NCBI GenBank assembly: GCA_031263025.1
Contig: JAISGO010000038.1
Span: 3,038 to 67,037 of the forward strand
Direction: 5' to 3'
Source of the DNA: Coriobacteriales bacterium
GTDB lineage: Bacteria > Actinomycetota > Coriobacteriia > Coriobacteriales > UBA8131
Length of the DNA stretch: 64,000 bases
Shown here piece after piece: positions 38,811 to 46,499 of the stretch. Below the pieces are notes generated by a model that was not told the origin of the DNA, made no database searches, and saw nothing but the letters and a program-made list of their open reading frames with translations. Numbering within the stretch: position 1 is the stretch's first letter; every line of letters starts with the position of its first letter. Made by a program: the position numbers and the translations under genes.

Positions 38811-39242
38811 ATGGCAAGACCTCACTTGAAAGATAACGGCAGAAGCCGGAGGGTTCACTTCGCTGTCACTCCAAAGGAGTATTCGAAGATAAAGGTTCAG
38901 GCTAAAAGTCTGAACCTTACCATCTCCGCCTATATTCGTCAGCGTGCCCTCTCAGATGTTACTGTCTTTTACGCCGGTGACGACGAAGGTCTCGCTAAGA
39001 TCCGTTCACAGCTACTCCGCGCTTTCGCAAGGAACAATCAAGCGGTAAAGGCAATCAACTACATTAGTAACGGTCTTCGCGAAAACTACTTTCCAGATTC
39101 GATTAGGGAAGACCTCAAGAATTTCGCAAACGAGAACGCTCCTTATTTCTCCGATACCGCGAATCAAATCAGCGATTGCCTTGCCGGTATTTCTGACTTC
39201 TATCATTCATTCAACAAGCTTCTTAAAGAAGGGAGAATCTAA
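38811..39242 (+). CDS. mobC: MobC-type relaxosome accessory protein (left)
   Basis: RRVHFAVTPKEYSKIK..ISAYIRQRAL RHH; TAATG overlap with next gene. Confidence 0.65.
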   Translation: MARPHLKDNGRSRRVHFAVTPKEYSKIKVQAKSLNLTISAYIRQRALSDVTVFYAGDDEGLAKIRSQLLRAFARNNQAVKAINYISNGLRENYFPDSIREDLKNFANENAPYFSDTANQISDCLAGISDFYHSFNKLLKEGRI

Positions 39243-39742
39243 TGCTAGACATTTGCGCTAAAAGGGATACGCCTTACGTGTATCCAAGCCTGCGTAGTCT
39301 CATTTCCGAGGACTGTCGTTTCAGTCTCTTCAAGGCGGATAGTCTGCTTAAAGGAGACATAATCGGCGAGTATCATGCTAAACTTTGCGGTCTATTCTGG
39401 GGGAGGCAACCTCGTAGCGGTCGAGCTACGCCTCTAGTCGCCTGTCTCTTCCTTATCTATACGGCAGACGAAAATAACAAAATCGTTGAACTTGAAAATA
39501 AGTTCATTACCGCTTCCGCTTGGGATAATAACCTTCATAAACCTCTTTTCGACTCGCCTTCGGCACCGCCACCAGACGACACTCTAGCTTATTCTGATTG
39601 GCTCGCTTCATTGCATATTGACGAATCCGCAGAACCGCAAAAATATCTTGCACTTAGGAGCATCCCCATCGGTAGTTATATCACTTGCACATTCGCCCTC
39701 AACCGTAACGGGCATGGGGTACTTCGCGACTGGATCGTCTGA
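39242..39742 (+). CDS. hypothetical protein (left module only)
   Basis: translationally coupled on both sides (TAATG, TGATG); no counterpart between mobC and relaxase on the right. Confidence 0.5.
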   Translation: MLDICAKRDTPYVYPSLRSLISEDCRFSLFKADSLLKGDIIGEYHAKLCGLFWGRQPRSGRATPLVACLFLIYTADENNKIVELENKFITASAWDNNLHKPLFDSPSAPPPDDTLAYSDWLASLHIDESAEPQKYLALRSIPIGSYITCTFALNRNGHGVLRDWIV

Positions 39743-41244
39743 TGCCTGAACTCCGTCTTCAAGCCGCACACCGTAAATGCTTTGGCGTTGCTGAGTATCT
39801 ACGTTACGGGAAAGGCGAAAGCTACTTTACGAACAAACGTGAAGGAAAGACTCGTGTTCGCGCCTTCGGTGGTTTTAACCTTGCCGGCGACATCTTCGAC
39901 TGGGATCAGCAGATGGACGAAACTCGAGAGATGGCCGGAAACGACCTCCCGTATCGTGGGCGCCGGGCACGGACTTACAATCACTTCGTCCTCTCGCCCG
40001 ATCCTGCGGACGGGCTTTCCTATGAAGATGTCCTAGCCCTCGCGGAAGAATACGCCGCGCACTTCTTCGGCGACGGTGAAGTCCGTGGTACCATTGGCCA
40101 GTTTGAGAGCGCCATTATCATACATGACGACGGAACGAACAATGTGGTACATGCGCATGTGATTGTGAACAATACCGATCTCGATACCCTCAAGCGTATT
40201 CATCGTGACCGCAGAGACATCAAGGAAATGTATGACTTCGCGGAAGAGCTTGCGAAATCGCATGGGTATCATTCTTTTACGGAGACACATGAGTCTGTTC
40301 CTGCTAAGGTCGGCGAGTTCGAGATGGGAACAAGGATATTCTCCAAGCCTAGACCGATTAGTTTTGCCGAGCGTCACGCGATGGAAGCGCATGAAGGCTA
40401 CTCCTGGAAGGAGGATCTCGCCCAGCGTGTCCGGGTCGCCTATGAATGCGCGAGCGACATGAAGGGTTTCGTCCTTGCCTGCAAGGACCTCGGGGTGACG
40501 GTGGAGAAGTCGAAGGCGAAAAACTACGCCGGCGACTTCCTCTACCGTATGGCCGACGAGCCCACGCATTGCTGTCGTGCCAACAAGCTCGGCACAGACT
40601 ACCGCTCCGGCAACCTCACCCGCCACTTCGCCCGAAACGAGAAGCGTGGCCTCTGGAAGCCACGCGATGGCCAGGCGGCCGAAGTCGCGAAGGTGTTCTG
40701 GCCGAAGGGTATCCGCCGGGTCGGCAACATCGAGAAGGGAAGCGGTATCAGCCTCCACGAGGCCTTCCAGGTGATTGACTTCATGCGCGAAGTGCATGTG
40801 AGCGACTACACGCAGATAAAGCGGATTAGACCCTCTTCCGAGGACATGCGCGAGCGTCTGGAACGTTTCGCCTACGTCGCCGAACACGCCCACCTCAAGG
40901 TCAGGGACACCACGAAACCGGCCGCGAAGCCGCAGGCAAAGCAAAGCGCACCTATCGTCGAGGACGGCAAGATCGTCGGCACGGCGGACGCGAAGACCAA
41001 GGCGCTGTTCGCCACCGTGAACAAACAAGCGGCCGCAAGAAAGAAACAGATTGCAGCTATGACACCATCGGAGCGTGCTGCCGCAGCAGTCGCAGCACAA
41101 CGAAACGCACAACGAAGCCGGCCACAGCAAGCACAGCGCCGCGCCGCGCCTCAGCCACAACGTCCCGCGCCGCGACCCCAAGCGAGACCGCAACCGCAGC
41201 CACAGCGCAGCCGTCCGCCTACCCGCCACTCTCCGCAACGCTAA
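39742..41244 (+). CDS. MOBQ/MobA-VirD2-type relaxase (left)
   Basis: IHDDGTNNVVHAHVIVNNTD (HxDx..HxH), N-terminal Tyr region AEYLRYGKG; Pro/Gln/Arg-rich tail. Confidence 0.8.
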   Translation: MPELRLQAAHRKCFGVAEYLRYGKGESYFTNKREGKTRVRAFGGFNLAGDIFDWDQQMDETREMAGNDLPYRGRRARTYNHFVLSPDPADGLSYEDVLALAEEYAAHFFGDGEVRGTIGQFESAIIIHDDGTNNVVHAHVIVNNTDLDTLKRIHRDRRDIKEMYDFAEELAKSHGYHSFTETHESVPAKVGEFEMGTRIFSKPRPISFAERHAMEAHEGYSWKEDLAQRVRVAYECASDMKGFVLACKDLGVTVEKSKAKNYAGDFLYRMADEPTHCCRANKLGTDYRSGNLTRHFARNEKRGLWKPRDGQAAEVAKVFWPKGIRRVGNIEKGSGISLHEAFQVIDFMREVHVSDYTQIKRIRPSSEDMRERLERFAYVAEHAHLKVRDTTKPAAKPQAKQSAPIVEDGKIVGTADAKTKALFATVNKQAAARKKQIAAMTPSERAAAAVAAQRNAQRSRPQQAQRRAAPQPQRPAPRPQARPQPQPQRSRPPTRHSPQR

Positions 41245-41270
41245 TCGCAAAAGACAGAAAGGAACCTACC

Positions 41271-42014
41271 ATGCAAGTCAAGATCTACTACCAATCCGGT
41301 CGGGTCGCCGTCTTCGATACGGCGAACTTCACCATGCCCGAGCCTTTCGGTCCCAAGGACAAGAACATCCTCACCAACTTCGAGCTGAACCTCGACAGCT
41401 GCCAGAACGAGGATTCGCTCGGCCTTTACATCGACGTCTATTACTACGACATCGACCCTGGTGTCGGTAAACGACCGGAAACCGCCACAGCCCTCCGGGC
41501 CGGGAGGAAGGAATCGAAACTCACCTTTCCGAGCATCCGATCCGGCTACCGCTTGCTTTTAACTGACAAGGAGGGACTTGCGGACGTCGGTTATATCGAA
41601 GTCGATGGAAAGATAGTAATGTGGCGCCAAGGCGACGACCTCATCAACGCCAACAAGTTCGAGATCCAGCAGTTCATCTGCTACAACTCCACAACGGCGG
41701 AATCTTATAACACTAAGGTCTTAGACCTCTTCCGCTACGTCAGGAACGCCGAGGGCGGACGCGAAGAACACGGACCGACCGATAAGCAGATCGCCGAACG
41801 TCTCGGTTACACCGAGGCGGCGCTTTACAAGGCCATGCGCGACGAGGCCGCGAACGTCGATACTATCGAAGACGAGGACATGGCAGGAGTAGGGGAGGAA
41901 GATGAGAGCGAAAGCGATACTCCCGAGCCACCAAGTCCGCAAGAACAGCCCCAGGAAGCCCCCTCAGAGGCCATTGAGGGCCTTGCAGACGAATACCTAG
42001 CCAATCTCTCGTAG
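41271..42014 (+). CDS. conserved hypothetical protein with HTH-like segment and acidic tail (paralog of 56026..56742)
   Basis: MQVKIYYQSGRVAVFDT vs MKVNVYFENGRVNIFDT; TDKQIAERLGYTEAALYKAMRDE; follows the relaxase in both modules. Confidence 0.6.
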   Translation: MQVKIYYQSGRVAVFDTANFTMPEPFGPKDKNILTNFELNLDSCQNEDSLGLYIDVYYYDIDPGVGKRPETATALRAGRKESKLTFPSIRSGYRLLLTDKEGLADVGYIEVDGKIVMWRQGDDLINANKFEIQQFICYNSTTAESYNTKVLDLFRYVRNAEGGREEHGPTDKQIAERLGYTEAALYKAMRDEAANVDTIEDEDMAGVGEEDESESDTPEPPSPQEQPQEAPSEAIEGLADEYLANLS

Positions 42015-42053
42015 AACCCGTCAGGACGCCCCGAGAAGCCCTCTGGGCGTCCT

Positions 42054-42339
42054 CCTGCCCTCTTCTCTCGTTACCCTTCCCCAATTTTCCAGTCAACTTT
42101 TACCTCTCCGCTTTTCCCGCTACCTCCTCCACACCGCATTTCCTAACCCGTCACCTGCACCACCTCCTCCTTCGGACTTCCCCTCTGCCTACTCCTCCAT
42201 CTAGCCACAGGACCCGCCTACGGTCAAGGGCCGCTCGGGGCCATCACGGTTACCGCTGGACGCGCGCATACGCCCGCGCCTCAGCTCCCTAAGACGTGAT
42301 CGCCCCTGCGCTTGAACCCTTGACCGTAGGCGGGTCCTG
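42054..42339 (+). other. non-coding module: ~150-nt polypyrimidine tract plus 132-nt long-stem hairpin (left)
   Basis: perfect 23-bp stem CAGGACCCGCCTACGGTCAAGGG (42208-42230) / its complement (42317-42339); conserved loop GGTTACCGCTGGACG...CCTCAGCTCCCTAAG. Confidence 0.7.
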
Positions 42340-42397
42340 CGGCGTCATGCCGGCGTAGACAAAGGGACGAAGTCCCAAGATCAGAAAGGAGCCTCAC

Positions 42398-42817
42398 ATG
42401 CAGGCGACACAGGAAAAGCGGATGGTGAATCTGGAGGACAAGCGGACAATCGAGCAGGCAAAAGTCATTGCCATCAAATACCTGGAGAAAGGTAACTTCA
42501 AGATCGTCGCGCAGGATTACACCTCGACGGCGGGCGTCGCTGATTACGTCTTCTACGAGAAAGACGATTTGGTATTCGCAAGCGTCGGCCTCGGGGACAA
42601 CGAGGGGAACTTCCCGGAGCATGATTGCTCTAGCGAACGCAAGGCGGCCGAGAGGATCGCCCTCGACTATTTCACCTCCCACCCCCACATCAACTCCTGC
42701 CGCGTCCGCTTCGATAACATCGACGTCTGCTTCGCAGGCCCCTCCGGCCAGCAGGCGATGGTGAAGCACCACCGTGACGCCTACTCCACAGACGACGACT
42801 ACTCGCCCATCGGGTAG
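42398..42817 (+). CDS. YraN/UPF0102-like (endonuclease fold) protein, catalytic residues apparently lost
   Basis: layout AKVIAIKYLEKGNFKIVAQ..GVADYVF..LVFASVG..RFDNIDV parallels YraN; paralog of 55250..55660. Confidence 0.55.
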   Translation: MQATQEKRMVNLEDKRTIEQAKVIAIKYLEKGNFKIVAQDYTSTAGVADYVFYEKDDLVFASVGLGDNEGNFPEHDCSSERKAAERIALDYFTSHPHINSCRVRFDNIDVCFAGPSGQQAMVKHHRDAYSTDDDYSPIG

Positions 42818-42882
42818 CGCCGCCGGTGAGGGGGCGTTTCGCCCCCTCACCTTTCCTGCGCGTTTGTCGACGCTCGCTTCCA

Positions 42883-43145
42883 GGTAGAATAGGGGAGCGA
42901 GTTAGCGTTTCGCCGGGTGCGCCTAATCTTCCCGTGGGGAGAGGAGGTGATGCCCTTATGGATGTCTTACAGCTGATAACCGCAGCGATCCGGCTTTTAC
43001 TGGTCGTGGCGAAACTGCCGAAAGCGTTCAGGCGTTTACGCCAGGAAAGGAAGAAGCGTCCATAAAGGACGCTTCCTAATCTTAATCGGCGCACCCGGCG
43101 TCAGTCACAACCACGGGGCGCTAACTCGCTTGATTATACCACGGC
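42883..43145. repeat. 263-bp direct repeat, copy 1 (copy 2 = 53466-53728)
   Basis: read directly, ~93% identical, same orientation in both copies. Confidence 0.9.
42958..43065 (+). CDS. 35-aa hydrophobic/basic peptide (type-I-toxin-like candidate), copy 1
   Basis: MDVLQLITAAIRLLLVVAKLPKAFRRLRQERKKRP; SD GGAGAGGAGGTG; identical peptide in copy 2 despite 6 nt changes. Confidence 0.5.
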   Translation: MDVLQLITAAIRLLLVVAKLPKAFRRLRQERKKRP

Positions 43146-43157
43146 TTGAATAAGGAA

Positions 43158-43379
43158 AAGGCCGGGCACACTACGGCCCGGTCTTATTCGGTTGATGAAA
43201 CGTTTCAATCCACGTGCCTACTGAGGATAGACACGACGAGGCTATTATACGTCGTCTTCTCTGCCTACACCGCGCTGATTATTCCTATTCTGCTTTTGAA
43301 GGGTTCGGCCTGCTTGCGCGGCGCTCGCCCTTGTCGCTCCGGCGACTGTATCATCCATCTTTCGAGGACCGAGGTGAGG
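43158..43379. repeat. ~220-bp direct repeat, copy 1 (copy 2 = 43858-44077): tail-coding segment plus terminator
   Basis: read directly; contains hairpin CCGGGC..GCCCGG followed on the minus strand by a U-rich run. Confidence 0.85.
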
Positions 43380-43409
43380 ATAGCCTTTTTGGCTTTTTTG
43401 CTCGACACG

Positions 43410-43832
43410 CTACATCCTCGTTAAGACGTTATTTGACACATAGAGGTTGCGGCGTCTGAACTCCGGAGGACTGTCGTCTCGCATGACTTTCACGAGTTCT
43501 GGCCTCAGCTCCCCTATAGGCCTTCCAGCGAGCAAAGGCCGATCAAGGAAATACTGCGGCTTCTCGGTCCAAGTGGGTACGCGCAGGTTAAAATCATGTG
43601 CGAGCTTTTCGGCCTCTGCGGCATATTCCGCCATGTCGTCGCATGAAACGTCATAGCCATCTTGCGGGATAGGTTCATACTCGATGAACGACTGTCGCTG
43701 TCTCGGTTTGGCCGCGTAAAAAGCATCGAGGAAATTGCCGTTTGCAGTTGCCGGATCCACGCCTAATGCGCGTTGTGCCATCACTTCACGGAAGTTCAGC
43801 GGTCGCCTATGTAGCAAATCCCTCATTCGCAT
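43410..43832 (-). CDS. hypothetical 140-aa protein ending at a TAG that is in frame with a 54-codon shared tail
   Basis: ORF ..NNVLTRM-TAG-RVEQKSQKGYPHLGPRKMDDTVAGATRASAAQAGR..REDDV* (43409-43245). Confidence 0.5.
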   Translation of the reverse strand: MRMRDLLHRRPLNFREVMAQRALGVDPATANGNFLDAFYAAKPRQRQSFIEYEPIPQDGYDVSCDDMAEYAAEAEKLAHDFNLRVPTWTEKPQYFLDRPLLAGRPIGELRPELVKVMRDDSPPEFRRRNLYVSNNVLTRM

Positions 43833-43942
43833 ATTTTACCACGGCATCAAGAAAGACAAGGCCGGGCACTACGGCCCGGTCTTATTCGGTTGATGAAACG
43901 TTTCAATCCACGTGTCTACTGAGGATAGACACGACGAGGCTA

Positions 43943-44788
43943 TTATACATCGTCTTCTCTGCCTACACCGCGCTGAGGGTTCCTGTTTTGTCCTTGGAAG
44001 TCCCTTCCTGCTTGCGCGGCGCTCGCCCTTGTCGCTCCGGCGACTATATCATCCATCTTCCGAGGACCGAGGTGAGGTACAGCCGGCTTAGATTTATCCT
44101 CGTTAATTTTCTGTCCCGTTCTCTCTTTCGAGAAGTCAGTACCGACAAGGCAATCCTCATAAAGGAATAGCTTCAAGGGGGTCGGTTCGTTCGTTTCGTA
44201 GAAGTCCGTGAGCGCTTTCCTGAACCGGCTTAACTTGTTCTCCGCGATAGCGAGGATGCCGAACCCCTGAGAAATGAGGTAATGATTCGCTGCGAGTTGC
44301 GCCGTCCGTTTATTGCCGTCGAAGAAAAGCTGCTTACGACAGACCCAGCACATTATGTCGAGGCCCTTCTCGGGGCCTTCGGGTCCACGTAACATGCTCT
44401 CGAACCCTTCCTTATCCATCTGTTCGTTTGGAATGTCGGGTCGCCATGTCGTGCCGCCGATCCTCACGTCCACCGTCCTGACTTTCCCAGGTTCCCTCGT
44501 AACCCCGGCCTCGCCGATAAGCTGGTTGAACTCTTTCAGCATCCGGAAATCAAGTGGCACCTCGATTTCCTGCAAGCAATACTCCCAAGCGTGTTTGAGG
44601 TTGTTGATGGCGATGGTCTCGTTTACGGAGAGACCTGACACGGTTCTCCCCTCGAAGATCTCGGCGGTGTCCGGAAAAGTTACGTTGATTCCCTCTAGCC
44701 TGGCCTCTTTCCATATACTATCGACCACAAGACGCTTGGCGTACCAAACGTTCTCCTCTTGCGTCATATCGAACTTGTTCTCGAACAT
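43943..44788 (-). CDS. Fic/Doc-family protein with non-canonical motif (Gln in place of catalytic His) and portable C-terminal tail
   Basis: CRKQLFFDGNKRTAQLAANHYL aligns to HxFx(D/N)(A/G)NKR; N-terminal ARLEGINVTF. Confidence 0.7.
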   Translation of the reverse strand: MFENKFDMTQEENVWYAKRLVVDSIWKEARLEGINVTFPDTAEIFEGRTVSGLSVNETIAINNLKHAWEYCLQEIEVPLDFRMLKEFNQLIGEAGVTREPGKVRTVDVRIGGTTWRPDIPNEQMDKEGFESMLRGPEGPEKGLDIMCWVCRKQLFFDGNKRTAQLAANHYLISQGFGILAIAENKLSRFRKALTDFYETNEPTPLKLFLYEDCLVGTDFSKERTGQKINEDKSKPAVPHLGPRKMDDIVAGATRASAAQAGRDFQGQNRNPQRGVGREDDV

Positions 44789-44814
44789 TATCTTTCCTAG
44801 CTTATTCTAACAGC

Positions 44815-46497
44815 TCATTTAGTCTTGGCCGACTTGGTGGCCGAGGTCGCCGAGAGGGCGGCTTTGACGCCATCGGGTCCGCTATGGTAGACGACGACCT
44901 TCACGGCGTACTTCTTCTTGTTCGCGAGCTTCAGGGTCGCCTTGTGGGTGGAGTTTGCCTGGTAGGTCTTGTGAGACCATTTGGAGGAGCCGGACTTCTT
45001 GTAGCAGACCTGGTAGTAGGAGACGTTGCCTCCGCTGGTGGAGTAGTCTTTCCAGGAGACGGAGAGCTTGTTGTTACCGGCTTTGAGCTTCAAGGAAGAG
45101 ACCTTATGCGGGTAGACCACGAAGACACCGATGGCGAGCTTCGTTACCGGCTTGTAGATGCTGCTACCGGCGCAACTCACGGAGAGGGTGTAGCGGCCGA
45201 CCTTGGTGGGCGTTGTGGCAGAGCCGTTGTAATAGACGGTGAGCTTACCGACGGGAGCGACAAGGGCGGACACGTTCGCCGAGAGCGCCTTCTTGTCAAA
45301 GGTCGCTTTATGGCTGTAGCCGAAGCAAGAGGGCGTGAGGGCCTTCTTGGCCACCGTCGGCGTAGGCGTAGGGGTTGGCTCGGGCGTCGGATCCGGAGTC
45401 GGGCCAGGCGTCGGCGTAGGGTCGGGAGTAGGGGTCGGGGTCGGGTCGACGTCTGACGAGGAAACCGGCTTGTAGTAAGCGCAGAGCGCGAGGCTGCCGT
45501 CGCTTGCGACGGTGCCGGAGAGCTTGTTTGCGGCATTCGCCGCGTCGAAGGTGTAACCGCTGAAGGACGCGCTCGGGTTCCCGCTCGTGTCCTCGGGGAC
45601 GCTCACGGTCGCACCGACCGTGCCGCTAAGGGTGCCGCCGTTGCCTAAGATGGTGCCGTCGTCCGCATAGTAGGTGACGCTATAGGCGGCGGTCGCCGCT
45701 GGTGTCGGGGTGGGAGTGGGATCGGGTGTAGGGGTAGGCGTAGAATCGTCTGCTGGATCCTTCGAGATCCAGGCGTGGAGATCTGCGGGTTGGTCGGCAT
45801 AGGGCGCAGAACTCCAGGCTTCGCCATCGGGTTGGCATTGACCGGCGGCTACCTCGTCGGCCACGAAGTCGTAATAGCCGTCCGCCGTATCGGTCGGGGT
45901 AGCGGTTGTGCCACCGCACAGGCTTTGAAGCGAGCATGAACCAAAAGGAACGTCCGACCCCTTAATTACGTACCCGTCCGGGTCGGCTTTCGCCGCCAGG
46001 GCGTCCTTCTCGGAGATGGTGGCTGATCCAGCGGTTTGGTCTACCTCGTCGATTTCAGGGATAATTTCGCCGTTCTGGTCATGTAGACCAGAGATGGGGC
46101 AGTTCCAGTTATTGGGGCGCTGATCACCCAGGAAACCCATAGAGGGGTCTGCGACGTCTGCTTCTGTCGACCATGTTCCAACGTCTTCGCCTGGATGTGC
46201 TTGTATCTCAGGCAGATGTTCTTTGATGTACTTGATGGTGACCTCTGACATGTACGCCCAAGGATAAGGAGGATTCCAGATATTAGGGTCGTTTGTACCT
46301 TTATAGTAAAGGCCTATTATGGGATACCAATCATGTACATCTTGCCAATGCAAGGTATAAACCCAGTGACCTGATTCCGACCCGCTGTCATCTGCGAAAG
46401 CCGGCTGGCTCGGTTTGCCGAGAAGCGAAGCGGCGAGGAGGAATGTCAAAGCGACTGCTAGGGCGATTCCTGCGATATGTAAGAGTTTCCTTGTCAT
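44815..46497 (-). CDS. secreted surface protein with Pro/Thr linkers and C-terminal Ig/FN3-like domains (paralog of 53728..54993)
   Basis: signal peptide MTRKLLHIAGIALAVALTFLLAASLL..AFA; PTPTPDPTPTP linkers; ATG 46497 lies 2 nt after the upstream stop. Confidence 0.7.
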   Translation of the reverse strand: MTRKLLHIAGIALAVALTFLLAASLLGKPSQPAFADDSGSESGHWVYTLHWQDVHDWYPIIGLYYKGTNDPNIWNPPYPWAYMSEVTIKYIKEHLPEIQAHPGEDVGTWSTEADVADPSMGFLGDQRPNNWNCPISGLHDQNGEIIPEIDEVDQTAGSATISEKDALAAKADPDGYVIKGSDVPFGSCSLQSLCGGTTATPTDTADGYYDFVADEVAAGQCQPDGEAWSSAPYADQPADLHAWISKDPADDSTPTPTPDPTPTPTPAATAAYSVTYYADDGTILGNGGTLSGTVGATVSVPEDTSGNPSASFSGYTFDAANAANKLSGTVASDGSLALCAYYKPVSSSDVDPTPTPTPDPTPTPGPTPDPTPEPTPTPTPTVAKKALTPSCFGYSHKATFDKKALSANVSALVAPVGKLTVYYNGSATTPTKVGRYTLSVSCAGSSIYKPVTKLAIGVFVVYPHKVSSLKLKAGNNKLSVSWKDYSTSGGNVSYYQVCYKKSGSSKWSHKTYQANSTHKATLKLANKKKYAVKVVVYHSGPDGVKAALSATSATKSAKTK

Positions 46498-46499
46498 AG

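Noticed and set aside
40033-41250. 405-aa minus-strand ORF antisense to the left relaxase
   Set aside because: The relaxase frame carries the HxDx..HxH motif and is conserved in the right module. The antisense ORF is Arg/Leu-rich and is not conserved there.
42690-43094. Minus-strand ORFs across the 263-bp repeats (42690..43094 and 53444..53677) as the real genes, instead of the 35-codon plus ORF
   Set aside because: They have a GTG start without an SD and are Arg/Ser/Leu-rich. The two copies differ in length and C-terminus. However, their third codon positions coincide with those of the plus ORF, so the synonymous pattern cannot exclude them. They are kept as the less likely alternative.
45340-45740. 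Repetitive CCN/ACN DNA in the surface-protein gene as a possible tandem-repeat locus
   Set aside because: It is simply the coding sequence of Pro/Thr/Asp linkers (PTPTPDPTPTP) inside a well-supported ORF.
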